Source: Limisphaerales bacterium
Lineage (GTDB): Bacteria > Verrucomicrobiota > Verrucomicrobiia > Limisphaerales > UBA1096
Direction of reading: 5' to 3'
Assembly (NCBI GenBank): GCA_004213515.1
Contig: SHAK01000001.1
Span: forward strand, 2,972-66,971
Length of the DNA: 64,000 bases
In this document: piece by piece, positions 29,886 through 36,564 of the stretch
Numbering within the stretch: position 1 is the stretch's first letter
Layout: every line of letters starts with the position of its first letter
Notes under the pieces: model-generated
Database searches by the model: none
What the model saw: only the letters and a program-made list of their open reading frames with translations
What the model was told of the DNA's origin: nothing
Translations under genes and position numbers: made by a program

Positions 29886-31376
29886 CTAATTTCCAAAACT
29901 CCACAAATGACCTTCGCTTCGAATATAGATTTTTGAGTCAACTACAGCAGGGGTAGCAAAGATTTTTTCCTTCAAGTGCGTGGAATGAACTATATCCAAT
30001 TTTTTTGAAGCTTTTACTAAAAAAACATTACCTCGCTGAGCACAGACAATTATATTGCCGTTAACAGCAATCGGGCTTGCGTAATATTCACCGCCGACAC
30101 CAAGCCTTTCTTTTTGATACAAGGGTTTTCCAGTTTGAACATCAACGCACGAAATGAATCCTCCCTTGGCAGCTAAGTAAACCCTATTGCGATAAATTAA
30201 AGGTGAAGCAACATATGGTAATCCTTTCTTAAGCTCCCATAACACATTTGTTTGCGTAATATCTCCTTTACCTTTAGCTGAAATTCCTAGCATTACGTTT
30301 CGCCCAGGGGCGTTAGGCTGATTAGTGTATAAAGGTGCCCATTCATCCATAACTACAAATCCATCTCGGTTAGTATCAATATAGTTGAAGGCGTCTTTCG
30401 CTCTACTTTCGGGAAATTCTAAAAGGCTTAATTTTTTATTATTATCAGAATCAAACTGATTGAAAAAGGCACCCGGGTCTTTTTTAGATTCTTCTGATAC
30501 ATTAGAGTTGTCATTAAAAACTGATTCAACTCTGTTCTGACCTGATACATGGGCTGTTGTCCAGCCTCCAAAAACAACAATACCATTTGATTCTACTGGA
30601 GTTGGACATACAAATGAAGGAAGCCCAATTGTACTCCAAATTTCTTCTCCGTTATTTGCTGAGTAGGCAATTAATTTCCCGCTTCCTCCTGATAATATTA
30701 AATTATTATCATCTTGTTTGATTGGATACGGACTGCAAAAACTGGGAATAAAGTTAGGTCGTTTAGCGGACCAAATTTTTTTGCCAGTCTTTAAATCCAG
30801 ACATAACAAACTTGAATCAAAACCACCATCTCGATTAATGAATACTTTATTATCAAAAATAATAGGCGAAGCTCCATAGCTAAAGGAATTAGAGATTGGT
30901 ACTACGGTATACTCCCATTTTAAATTACCATTTAAGTCAGTTGCAATTAATCCATAATCATCAAAATAAAAAATAACGATATCACCATTAGTTGCTGGGG
31001 TAGAATTTGAAGGGTCTCCTGCTACGTGATCATAAACACGAATTTTTGAAATTGGGCGATGCTTTTCCCACAAGACACTTCCGTTTTCTCTGTTAAGGCA
31101 AATAGACTTAAAGTTTTTATTATCATGGCCTGTGATAAAAATCTTATTATCCCAAATAATTGGTGAAGAGTGTCCAATGGGTGTTGAGATTTTCCAAATT
31201 AATTTATTTTCTGGAGAGAAGTCCTTTGGAATTGATTGAGAAAGAGCAACTCCATTAAAATTTGGTCCTCGAAATTGAGGCCAATTCGATTCTCCATAAG
31301 TATTTGAATATATTAAAAAATTGAATAAATTTGTAATTATAAATGTCAAAAAAAGAGTTTTGTTTCTTAGAATCAT
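29886..31376 (-). CDS. Secreted PQQ-like beta-propeller protein with an internal EF-hand pair
   Basis: Signal peptide followed by NWPQFRGPNFNG, as in the 569-1816 paralogue. Two canonical 12-residue EF loops are present: DSDNNKKLSLLE and DTNRDGFVVMDE. Confidence 0.7.
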   Translation of the reverse strand: MILRNKTLFLTFIITNLFNFLIYSNTYGESNWPQFRGPNFNGVALSQSIPKDFSPENKLIWKISTPIGHSSPIIWDNKIFITGHDNKNFKSICLNRENGSVLWEKHRPISKIRVYDHVAGDPSNSTPATNGDIVIFYFDDYGLIATDLNGNLKWEYTVVPISNSFSYGASPIIFDNKVFINRDGGFDSSLLCLDLKTGKKIWSAKRPNFIPSFCSPYPIKQDDNNLILSGGSGKLIAYSANNGEEIWSTIGLPSFVCPTPVESNGIVVFGGWTTAHVSGQNRVESVFNDNSNVSEESKKDPGAFFNQFDSDNNKKLSLLEFPESRAKDAFNYIDTNRDGFVVMDEWAPLYTNQPNAPGRNVMLGISAKGKGDITQTNVLWELKKGLPYVASPLIYRNRVYLAAKGGFISCVDVQTGKPLYQKERLGVGGEYYASPIAVNGNIIVCAQRGNVFLVKASKKLDIVHSTHLKEKIFATPAVVDSKIYIRSEGHLWSFGN

Positions 31377-31664
31377 TTTATTTATTAATAAATAAGCAAT
31401 TAGATAAATACTGAAGAAAAGAATTTACATCAAATTAAATATAATTTTGTTTGATCAAAAAATATTTAATTACTCATAAACAGATATGCTATTCCTCTGA
31501 TTAGTTTGAAAACTAAACATTCCTGTTTTTAAATAATACCTTTTAATAAAAGAATTATTAAATATATCATTATATATATATAACTCTCAGCCACGTATGG
31601 AGCCTTGCATCTTAAAACTACATCATCAAACAACTACTTTTGCTTTTAAATCCAAGTACTAGGC

Positions 31665-32576
31665 ATGATGCTGTGTGAGATGTTTAAGCAATCTTTTTGG
31701 ATTATACTGCTAGGATTTAGTTTTTCTAAGCTCTCAGCTGCTGAGTTAAAAATTTCAAAATTGATTAACGTCTGGCCAAATGCTGTCCCGGGTGAAATCG
31801 GTAATCTGCCGCCGGAGACTTTGACGACACATGAACACCGAGGAGCACCAATCAAGAAATATAACAACGTTAGTAACCCAACCCTAACGGTTTATAAACC
31901 AGACCCGGAAAAGGATACCGGCACTTCAGTTGTGATTTGTCCCGGTGGCGGTTATAATATATTAGCATGGGATTTAGAGGGAACTGAAGTAGCTGCTTGG
32001 TTGAATTCCATCGGCGTCACTGGAGTAGTGCTCAAGTACCGCGTGCCACGCCGGAAAGATCGTGATAAATACGATGCACCGCTACAAGATATTCAACGGG
32101 CTGTTAGCATCGTAAGACATAAAGCGAAGAATTGGAATTTGAATCCCAAACGAATTGGAATCCTTGGTTTTTCAGCAGGCGGTCACCTTTCCTCTGCCGC
32201 TCTAACCAATTATGACAAACGTCATTATAAACCTATGGACGACATAGACAAAATTAGTTGTCGGCCTGATTTTGGTGTGTTGATTTATCCAGCCTACCTC
32301 GTTGACAAGGAAACCAAAACTAAACTCTCACCTGAAATACGAATCACAAAAGACACCCCTCCCATTTTTTTCGTCCACGCAGAGAATGATCCTGTTCCGG
32401 CAGAGGGAAGTGTTCGTTTTTGGCAGGAACTGCGACGGCACGGTGTAAGCAGCGAATTGCATGTGTTCCCAAAAGGAGGCCACGGCTATGGATTAAGGCC
32501 ATCCAAGTTTCCAGTAACAAACTGGCCAAACTTGTGCGCTGATTGGCTTAAAAACTCAGGCCTACTGAATCGATGA
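31665..32576 (+). CDS. Secreted alpha/beta hydrolase (esterase/lipase, BD-FAE-like)
   Basis: VVICPGGGYNILA (oxyanion region), ILGFSAGGHLSS (GxSxG) and the distal GGHGYG. Confidence 0.7.
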   Translation: MMLCEMFKQSFWIILLGFSFSKLSAAELKISKLINVWPNAVPGEIGNLPPETLTTHEHRGAPIKKYNNVSNPTLTVYKPDPEKDTGTSVVICPGGGYNILAWDLEGTEVAAWLNSIGVTGVVLKYRVPRRKDRDKYDAPLQDIQRAVSIVRHKAKNWNLNPKRIGILGFSAGGHLSSAALTNYDKRHYKPMDDIDKISCRPDFGVLIYPAYLVDKETKTKLSPEIRITKDTPPIFFVHAENDPVPAEGSVRFWQELRRHGVSSELHVFPKGGHGYGLRPSKFPVTNWPNLCADWLKNSGLLNR

Positions 32577-33650
32577 TCTACGTTTTTCATGGTATTCCTT
32601 TGCCAAAGCACAATCGTCATTAAGAAGCTCATCAACCTTGGCGAAAATCCTGCTGTTGTCTTGAGCTGGATAATTCTTCAGCACTGACAAATATTCAGGT
32701 ATTCGGTAAAGAAAATCACCAATCGATTCAATGTTTGCTGCCCGGCCGTTTTTCCCATAATTAAGCTCTTCAAGTAGAGATGCATTGAGCTCCTGCTCAA
32801 ACTGTCCTCCCATAGGTAATGCTAACAATGGTTTACCTAAATGTAATGCTTCAGTCATCAGTGTAAAACCAGCTGTGGAAATTACGGCTTTTGAAGAGGA
32901 TAAATCTTCAAGAAATCCGTCGTGACTGAAAGGTCGAAATACCAAGTTTCCATCTTCACCTTCTCGACCAGCTCCATAGACAAGAAACTTTTCGCGAGAG
33001 AACTCTTTGAGTAAGCTCATGAAGTTTTCAAATTCTTGTGTAAAATAAACTAGAATGTGCCCCTTGTTACTTGGATTTGCTTCTAACACTGACCGGCGCA
33101 ATATGGGAGGAAATAAAAACGTGCGATCGTTTTTTATATCGCCAAAAAAGAACGTGGTGACAAGAGAGACATCCGGTTTAGGTACAAATGCACGTATTAC
33201 AGTTTCTGCAATAAGTGCATCCTTGCGAAGATCGATTGCACAAGGGTATTTCATATAGCGCATTCGGTGCTGGTTATCAATAGTGACTAAGGGAATATCA
33301 CGATGTGTTGCCATATAAGCTGTCATAGGCTCAAAATCTGATATTACAATATCTGGTTGGAAATCATTAAAAACAGTTTCTTTAAATTCTCGGAACTTGG
33401 TAATTCCACCAGTCAAAGACTTAAGATTTTTTATGGCGGTCTTAAGTTTACTTACACGATTTTGAATTGAAATGATGTGTAATCCAGGCACATCAAACAT
33501 ATCAAAATCATTTTTAAGATTTCGAAAACCACGGTCATAACTAACACCCAGTACCTGATGGTTCTGTGCCTTGAGGTGCGTCATTATTTCTCGAGAACGA
33601 GAAGAGTGCCCCGACCCACTTCCAGAAATACCATAGACAATTTTTGCCAT
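32562..33650 (-). CDS. MJ1255-type glycosyltransferase (GT1/GT28-like, UDP-sugar dependent)
   Basis: N-terminus MAKIVYGISGSGSGHSSRSREI is the Gly-rich loop typical of the MJ1255/TIGR00661 group. C-terminal half: ISTAGFTLMTEALHLGKPLLALPMGGQFEQ. Its 3' end overlaps the convergent esterase gene by 15 nt. Confidence 0.7.
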   Translation of the reverse strand: MAKIVYGISGSGSGHSSRSREIMTHLKAQNHQVLGVSYDRGFRNLKNDFDMFDVPGLHIISIQNRVSKLKTAIKNLKSLTGGITKFREFKETVFNDFQPDIVISDFEPMTAYMATHRDIPLVTIDNQHRMRYMKYPCAIDLRKDALIAETVIRAFVPKPDVSLVTTFFFGDIKNDRTFLFPPILRRSVLEANPSNKGHILVYFTQEFENFMSLLKEFSREKFLVYGAGREGEDGNLVFRPFSHDGFLEDLSSSKAVISTAGFTLMTEALHLGKPLLALPMGGQFEQELNASLLEELNYGKNGRAANIESIGDFLYRIPEYLSVLKNYPAQDNSRIFAKVDELLNDDCALAKEYHEKRRSSIQ

Positions 33651-33696
33651 AAATTTTAAATTATTAAGTATTTAATTTTTAAAAAGATTATAAAAA

Positions 33697-33717
33697 ATCT
33701 AAGATTTTATCTTAGAT
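33697..33717. promoter_or_regulatory. Perfect 9-3-9 palindrome in the AT-rich region upstream of the glycosyltransferase gene (operator candidate)
   Basis: ATCTAAGAT-TTT-ATCTTAGAT lies 47-67 nt upstream of the GT start codon (33650). The region is extremely AT-rich, so a chance palindrome is possible. Confidence 0.25.
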
Positions 33718-33828
33718 AAATAAACTTAATACTAAAAGAATTAAATACTTTTATTAAGTAATTATAAGATGTCACACTTAAAAATAAACTCTTTATAAAT
33801 TAGCTTTATATAAAATTAATTAAACGTA

Positions 33829-33924
33829 ATGTAGTCGCGGATGAGGGGTAGTTACCTCTTCCACTCTTAGGCCTTCATAGTTATGAAAGAGTTGCCTCTT
33901 CATTTCGATGGAGGTCTTTTTATT
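33829..33924 (+). repeat. Structured element copy 1: conserved 5' box, nested hairpin and U-tract (candidate sRNA 3' end or terminator)
   Basis: ATGTAGTCGC...TAGGCCTTC...GGAGGTCTTTTTATT. The outer stem GGCCTTCAT(33870-78)/ATGGAGGTC(33908-16) has 2 G-U pairs. The inner stem is ATGAAAGAG/CTCTTCAT. TTTTT follows. A paralogue lies at 36227-36317. Confidence 0.5.
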
Positions 33925-34136
33925 AAGCCAGCGAAACTTATTATTCGCCTATCTGACTTCATTGGTTGAAGTTTTCATCTTTAGTCGAAACCTTTGAAAC
34001 ATTACTGATTACGCTGAGATAAAAGACTAGAGAGCTGTCACTCGTGTGATTTATCCAGTATAATTTTTCTTGATGCTTAATCGACCCAAACGCGACCCGT
34101 GAGGGACGTCACTCGACCGATGCAAGGTGATAAAAG

Positions 34137-35012
34137 TCAGTTGGCCAAAACAATCGCACCATCGTTATTGGTTTCTGAGGATACTGGTTGAAATTCATCG
34201 TACCGGTTTTGATCGTACTGATCGCTGTTAATGGGGGATTGTTCTTCTTTTCTAATTGCATTTAGTTGTTCGAGGAAGTCGTTGTACTCTAGTACCTCAA
34301 CTTTGCCGTCCATGTGTTCAACGATTGCTGTCATTGATTCTACCCAATCACCTGAATTTAAATAATGAACGCCGTCGATAATCTTGTCTGCCGGGGTATG
34401 AATGTGTCCGCATATTACACCATCACAATTTCTCGCTTTAGCTAACTCGACAATTTTTTCTTCAAAGTTTGATATGAAATTTACTGCCCGTTTAACCTTG
34501 GCTTTTAAAACCTTGCTAATTGAGTAGTACGGTTTACCTCTATAGTTACGATACCTATTATAAATCCTGTTTAGTCGAAGGAGTGTTTGATAACCGAAGT
34601 CACCGATATGTGCGAGGAATGTGAATTGAGAGGTAATCGTGTCGTATATATCACCGTGAAAAACAAAATATCGTCTGCCGTTGAATTCAATTTGTATGTT
34701 CTCACGGAAAGCTAGGAGGTCGAACTTTAATGGAAGAATTCGCGATAGAACATCGTCGTGGTTCCCTCTTAGATAAGTGATTTGCGTATTATCTTTTTCC
34801 ATCTTCTTTAATAACAACCGAACGAAACGTGTATTGTTTTTTGTCCAACGTCCCTTTCGCTTAAGTTGCCAACCATCGACGATATCTCCATTTAGGATTA
34901 TTTCTTTGCAGGTAATATTTTTAATGAAATGATTTACCTTGTTGATACTACATCCAATAGATCCTAAGTGTACGTCAGATAGGATTACTTTTCTGTAATG
35001 TATTTTTTTCAT
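34137..35012 (-). CDS. LpxH-like metallophosphoesterase (UDP-2,3-diacylglucosamine diphosphatase family, COG2908)
   Basis: Motifs VILSDVHLG, NGDIVDGW, LRGNHDD, VFHGD and CGHIHTP. The track starts at 35054. I prefer ATG 35012 (MKKIHYRKVILSDVHLG). Confidence 0.7.
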   Translation of the reverse strand: MKKIHYRKVILSDVHLGSIGCSINKVNHFIKNITCKEIILNGDIVDGWQLKRKGRWTKNNTRFVRLLLKKMEKDNTQITYLRGNHDDVLSRILPLKFDLLAFRENIQIEFNGRRYFVFHGDIYDTITSQFTFLAHIGDFGYQTLLRLNRIYNRYRNYRGKPYYSISKVLKAKVKRAVNFISNFEEKIVELAKARNCDGVICGHIHTPADKIIDGVHYLNSGDWVESMTAIVEHMDGKVEVLEYNDFLEQLNAIRKEEQSPINSDQYDQNRYDEFQPVSSETNNDGAIVLAN

Positions 35013-35170
35013 TGTGTGGTCTTCTTTTGACCTAATAGAAAATATACTTACCACGAATTGATTTGTGCAAATGAAATCAATATTGTCATCATATTATTAC
35101 GTTTTTGTGCTCATGTTGAAACAATTGAAACGTTCTCATACAGTGGCACTACTTTAAAAATCGCGGAAGC

Positions 35171-35245
35171 ATGGCTAAAATTGTTTATGGCATTTCCGGC
35201 AGTGGCTCGGGGCACAATAGCGCAGCTGTCATTTTTTATTCATAA
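35171..35245 (+). pseudogene. 5' relic of a second MJ1255-type glycosyltransferase gene
   Basis: ATGGCTAAAATTGTTTATGGCATTTCCGGCAGTGGCTCGGGGCAC encodes MAKIVYGISGSGSGH. This is identical in protein to the first 15 residues of the 32562-33650 gene. The DNA differs at 6 of 45 positions, all third-codon. The frame ends after 24 codons. Confidence 0.7.
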
Positions 35246-35364
35246 ATTTATAAAATATGATTTTATATTTGCCCTAACCTGTTTTTTAGCGCCGAATGAT
35301 ATTCCCCTACTCTACAACAAAACCATGAGTTTTTAGGTCTGTCTATTACCTAGGAAATTCTAAA

Positions 35365-35386
35365 GTTCTACTAGCGATAGTAGAAC
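35365..35386. other. Perfect 8-bp hairpin downstream of the 62-aa ORF
   Basis: GTTCTACT-AGCGAT-AGTAGAAC. On the - strand TTTAGAATTT follows it; on the + strand TGGTTTTCT follows. It could terminate transcription in either direction. Confidence 0.35.
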
Positions 35387-35455
35387 TGGTTTTCTGATTA
35401 ACCCTATAGTAATTGGCTAATCTGCTCTTTGACGTGACTACGCCTGACTTGGAGA

Positions 35456-35644
35456 TTACTGATTAAAGAGTTCCCCGAATTGTTCAACTATTTGTTTGGA
35501 AACTTCAAGTTGAGCTTTATGTTTTGTGTCCATCTCATGTTCTGGTGAACAAATAATATTAACGACTTCAATGTGATTTTTTTTGAAGGCTAAGTCTTGA
35601 AACGAATCTCCAAACTTTATCGGAATGGTATTTTTTCTATTCAT
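35456..35644 (-). CDS. Hypothetical 62-aa protein (orphan)
   Basis: ATG-initiated ORF: MNRKNTIPIKFGDSFQDLAFKKNHIEVVNIICSPEHEMDTKHKAQLEVSKQIVEQFGELFNQ. I recognise no motif. It lies between the repeat units on the same strand as them. Confidence 0.3.
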   Translation of the reverse strand: MNRKNTIPIKFGDSFQDLAFKKNHIEVVNIICSPEHEMDTKHKAQLEVSKQIVEQFGELFNQ

Positions 35645-35670
35645 AATATTTGAAGCAAACGAGAAAAAAT

Positions 35671-35700
35671 TACATAATTTTTGTTACATTAAATGGTCAA
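35671..35700 (-). promoter_or_regulatory. Candidate sigma70-type promoter for the 62-aa ORF
   Basis: On the - strand, TTGACC-N18-TATGTA ends about 27 nt upstream of the ATG. It shares TGTAACAAA with the conserved block of the tandem units. Confidence 0.3.
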
Positions 35701-35842
35701 TCAGGCAAAAAATTGAAAAAAACTTTGTGTAGCGATAATATTTTTCTAAATGCGAATACTCAGTTTTACAGTAAAAATCTCTTATCTCTCACTCCGGTTA
35801 TATTATCTGTTAAATCTTTTACTGTACAAATTAGTAAACAAT

Positions 35843-35877
35843 AAAAAATCCCTCGCCAACATATAAGTCAACGAGGG
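35843..35877 (-). terminator. Intrinsic terminator of unit A (- strand)
   Basis: The - strand RNA CCCUCGUUGAC-UUAU-GUUGGCGAGGG forms an 11-bp stem with 3 G-U pairs, then AUUUUUU. On the + strand the G-U pairs become A-C mismatches and there is no U-tail. Confidence 0.75.
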
Positions 35878-35987
35878 ACAAAGCCAGCTACCAACTGGCG
35901 ACCTAATACAAGCTAGCTACCTACATCTAACTTCAGCAGCCGGTAAAACCTTCTCATGAGTTTGTTACAGTATCATTTCAATCAAGT

Positions 35988-36021
35988 AAAAAAAGCCCCC
36001 GCCAACCTAAGTCAACGAGGG
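35988..36021 (-). terminator. Intrinsic terminator of unit B (- strand)
   Basis: The - strand RNA CCCUCGUUGAC-UUAG-GUUGGCGGGGG forms an 11-bp stem with 4 G-U pairs, then CUUUUUUU. Confidence 0.75.
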
Positions 36022-36162
36022 ACATATAACCTACCAAGTTCTCTTTGTGATCAAGCTGCTAAGAACAGCTAGCAAAACTTTCTCATGAGTTTGTTACAGT
36101 ATCATTTCAATCAAGTAAAAAAAGCCCCATAATTACTCGCTACCATAGCAGTGGCAGCACTT

Positions 36163-36184
36163 AAAAAAGAGGGCTGAAGCCGTC
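36163..36184 (-). terminator. Weaker terminator-like hairpin upstream of the array (- strand)
   Basis: On the - strand, GACGGC-UUCA-GCCCUC (6 bp, one C-C mismatch) is followed by UUUUUU. Confidence 0.4.
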
Positions 36185-36226
36185 TTGCAATAATTGCTAA
36201 TAACATTAACTTGAGCGCGAGGAGCG

Positions 36227-36317
36227 ATGTAGTAGTCGCTTCCTTAACTAGGCCTTCGTCGTCATTTTTTTTCTCAGTGCCACATCACTGAGTTTTGGCG
36301 GCGGAGGTCTTTTCATT
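36227..36317 (+). repeat. Structured element copy 2: conserved 5' box, nested hairpin and U-tract
   Basis: ATGTAGTAGTCGC...TAGGCCTTCGTCGTC...GGCGGCGGAGGTCTTTTCATT. The outer 13-bp stem 36251-63/36297-309 has 4 G-U pairs. The inner perfect 7-bp hairpin is CTCAGTG-CCACAT-CACTGAG. A U-rich tail follows. Confidence 0.5.
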
Positions 36318-36406
36318 AGAGTCAGAGTAATTTTTCAAGAGCTTTAGTTACCCTGCAGTTTAAAAAAATTATGAGGCTATAAAAATAACAGTTGAACTGT
36401 AACTGT

Positions 36407-36426
36407 GTGACCCACGTTTGGGTCAC
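36407..36426. other. Perfect 8-bp hairpin 63 nt downstream of the tRNA-Gly 3' end
   Basis: GTGACCCA-CGTT-TGGGTCAC. No U-tract lies directly adjacent on either strand. It may be a processing or termination signal for the tRNA transcript. Confidence 0.3.
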
Positions 36427-36488
36427 AAATTTCTAACTAGATAAAATTAGAGTAAGGTCGTTTTTGACCAATACATTGAGGGGGAAAT

Positions 36489-36564
36489 TGGAGCGGGTGA
36501 AGAGATTCGAACTCTCGACAGTCACCTTGGCAAGGTGGCGCTCTACCAGCTGAGCTACACCCGC
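36489..36564 (-). tRNA. tRNA-Gly (anticodon GCC), CCA encoded
   Basis: The reverse complement GCGGGTGTAGCTCAGCTGGTAGAGCGCCACCTTGCCAAGGTGACTGTCGAGAGTTCGAATCTCTTCACCCGCTCCA folds as a cloverleaf. It has a 7-bp acceptor, GCTC/GAGC D-stem, anticodon loop TTGCCAA, T-loop TTCGAAT and discriminator U. Confidence 0.95.

Larger units (their letters stand above)
35843..36128 (-). repeat. Tandem ~129-bp units: conserved 49-nt block, variable body and terminator hairpin (candidate tandem sRNA genes)
   Basis: The + strand block TTCTCATGAGTTTGTTACAGTATCATTTCAATCAAGTAAAAAAAGCCCC is 100% identical at 35951-35999 and 36080-36128. The hairpin module CCAAC(AT/C)ATAAGTCAACGAGGGACA repeats at 35856-35880 and 36002-36024. 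Confidence 0.85.

Noticed and set aside
32562-32576. 15-nt overlap of the convergent 3' ends of the esterase (+) and glycosyltransferase (-) genes.
   Set aside because: Short convergent overlaps are common in compact genomes. No hairpin or other signal lies in the overlap.
35058-35336. 92-aa ORF in the six-frame track.
   Set aside because: It starts at a non-ATG codon and has no recognisable motif. It reads through the glycosyltransferase relic in the wrong frame (the relic at 35171 is in another frame). It is most likely a chance ORF in AT-rich decayed sequence.
35767-35826. Inverted repeat TACAGTAAAA ... TTTTACTGTA, reminiscent of an SOS/LexA box (CTGT...ACAG).
   Set aside because: The half-sites are about 40 nt apart rather than forming a compact 16-20-bp operator. 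The region is AT-rich. The right arm overlaps the putative diverged copy of the repeat block. There is no support for a LexA site.
35951-36070. + strand mini-ORFs starting in the conserved block (MSLLQYHFNQVKKAP..., 37 aa in one unit and 15 aa in the next).
   Set aside because: The two copies diverge and terminate immediately after the 100%-identical block. I saw no ribosome-binding-like sequence upstream. The G-U-dependent terminator structures point to - strand expression. A coding role is therefore unsupported, though not strictly excluded.
35843-36128. Possible CRISPR array, based on the repeated block with variable sequence between copies.
   Set aside because: There are only two perfect copies, plus one weak and one partial copy. 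The period is about 129 bp and the repeat is 49 nt, far outside CRISPR geometry. Each repeat is fused to a terminator hairpin with a U-tail. No cas genes appear anywhere in the window.
33651-36488. Integrative mobile element or genomic island inserted at the 3' end of tRNA-Gly.
   Set aside because: The location and odd content fit this idea. However, I found no integrase or recombinase ORF, no direct repeat of the tRNA 3' end (for example GAGATTCGAACTC) at the distal boundary, and no transposase. I report it only as an anomalous segment, not as a mobile element.
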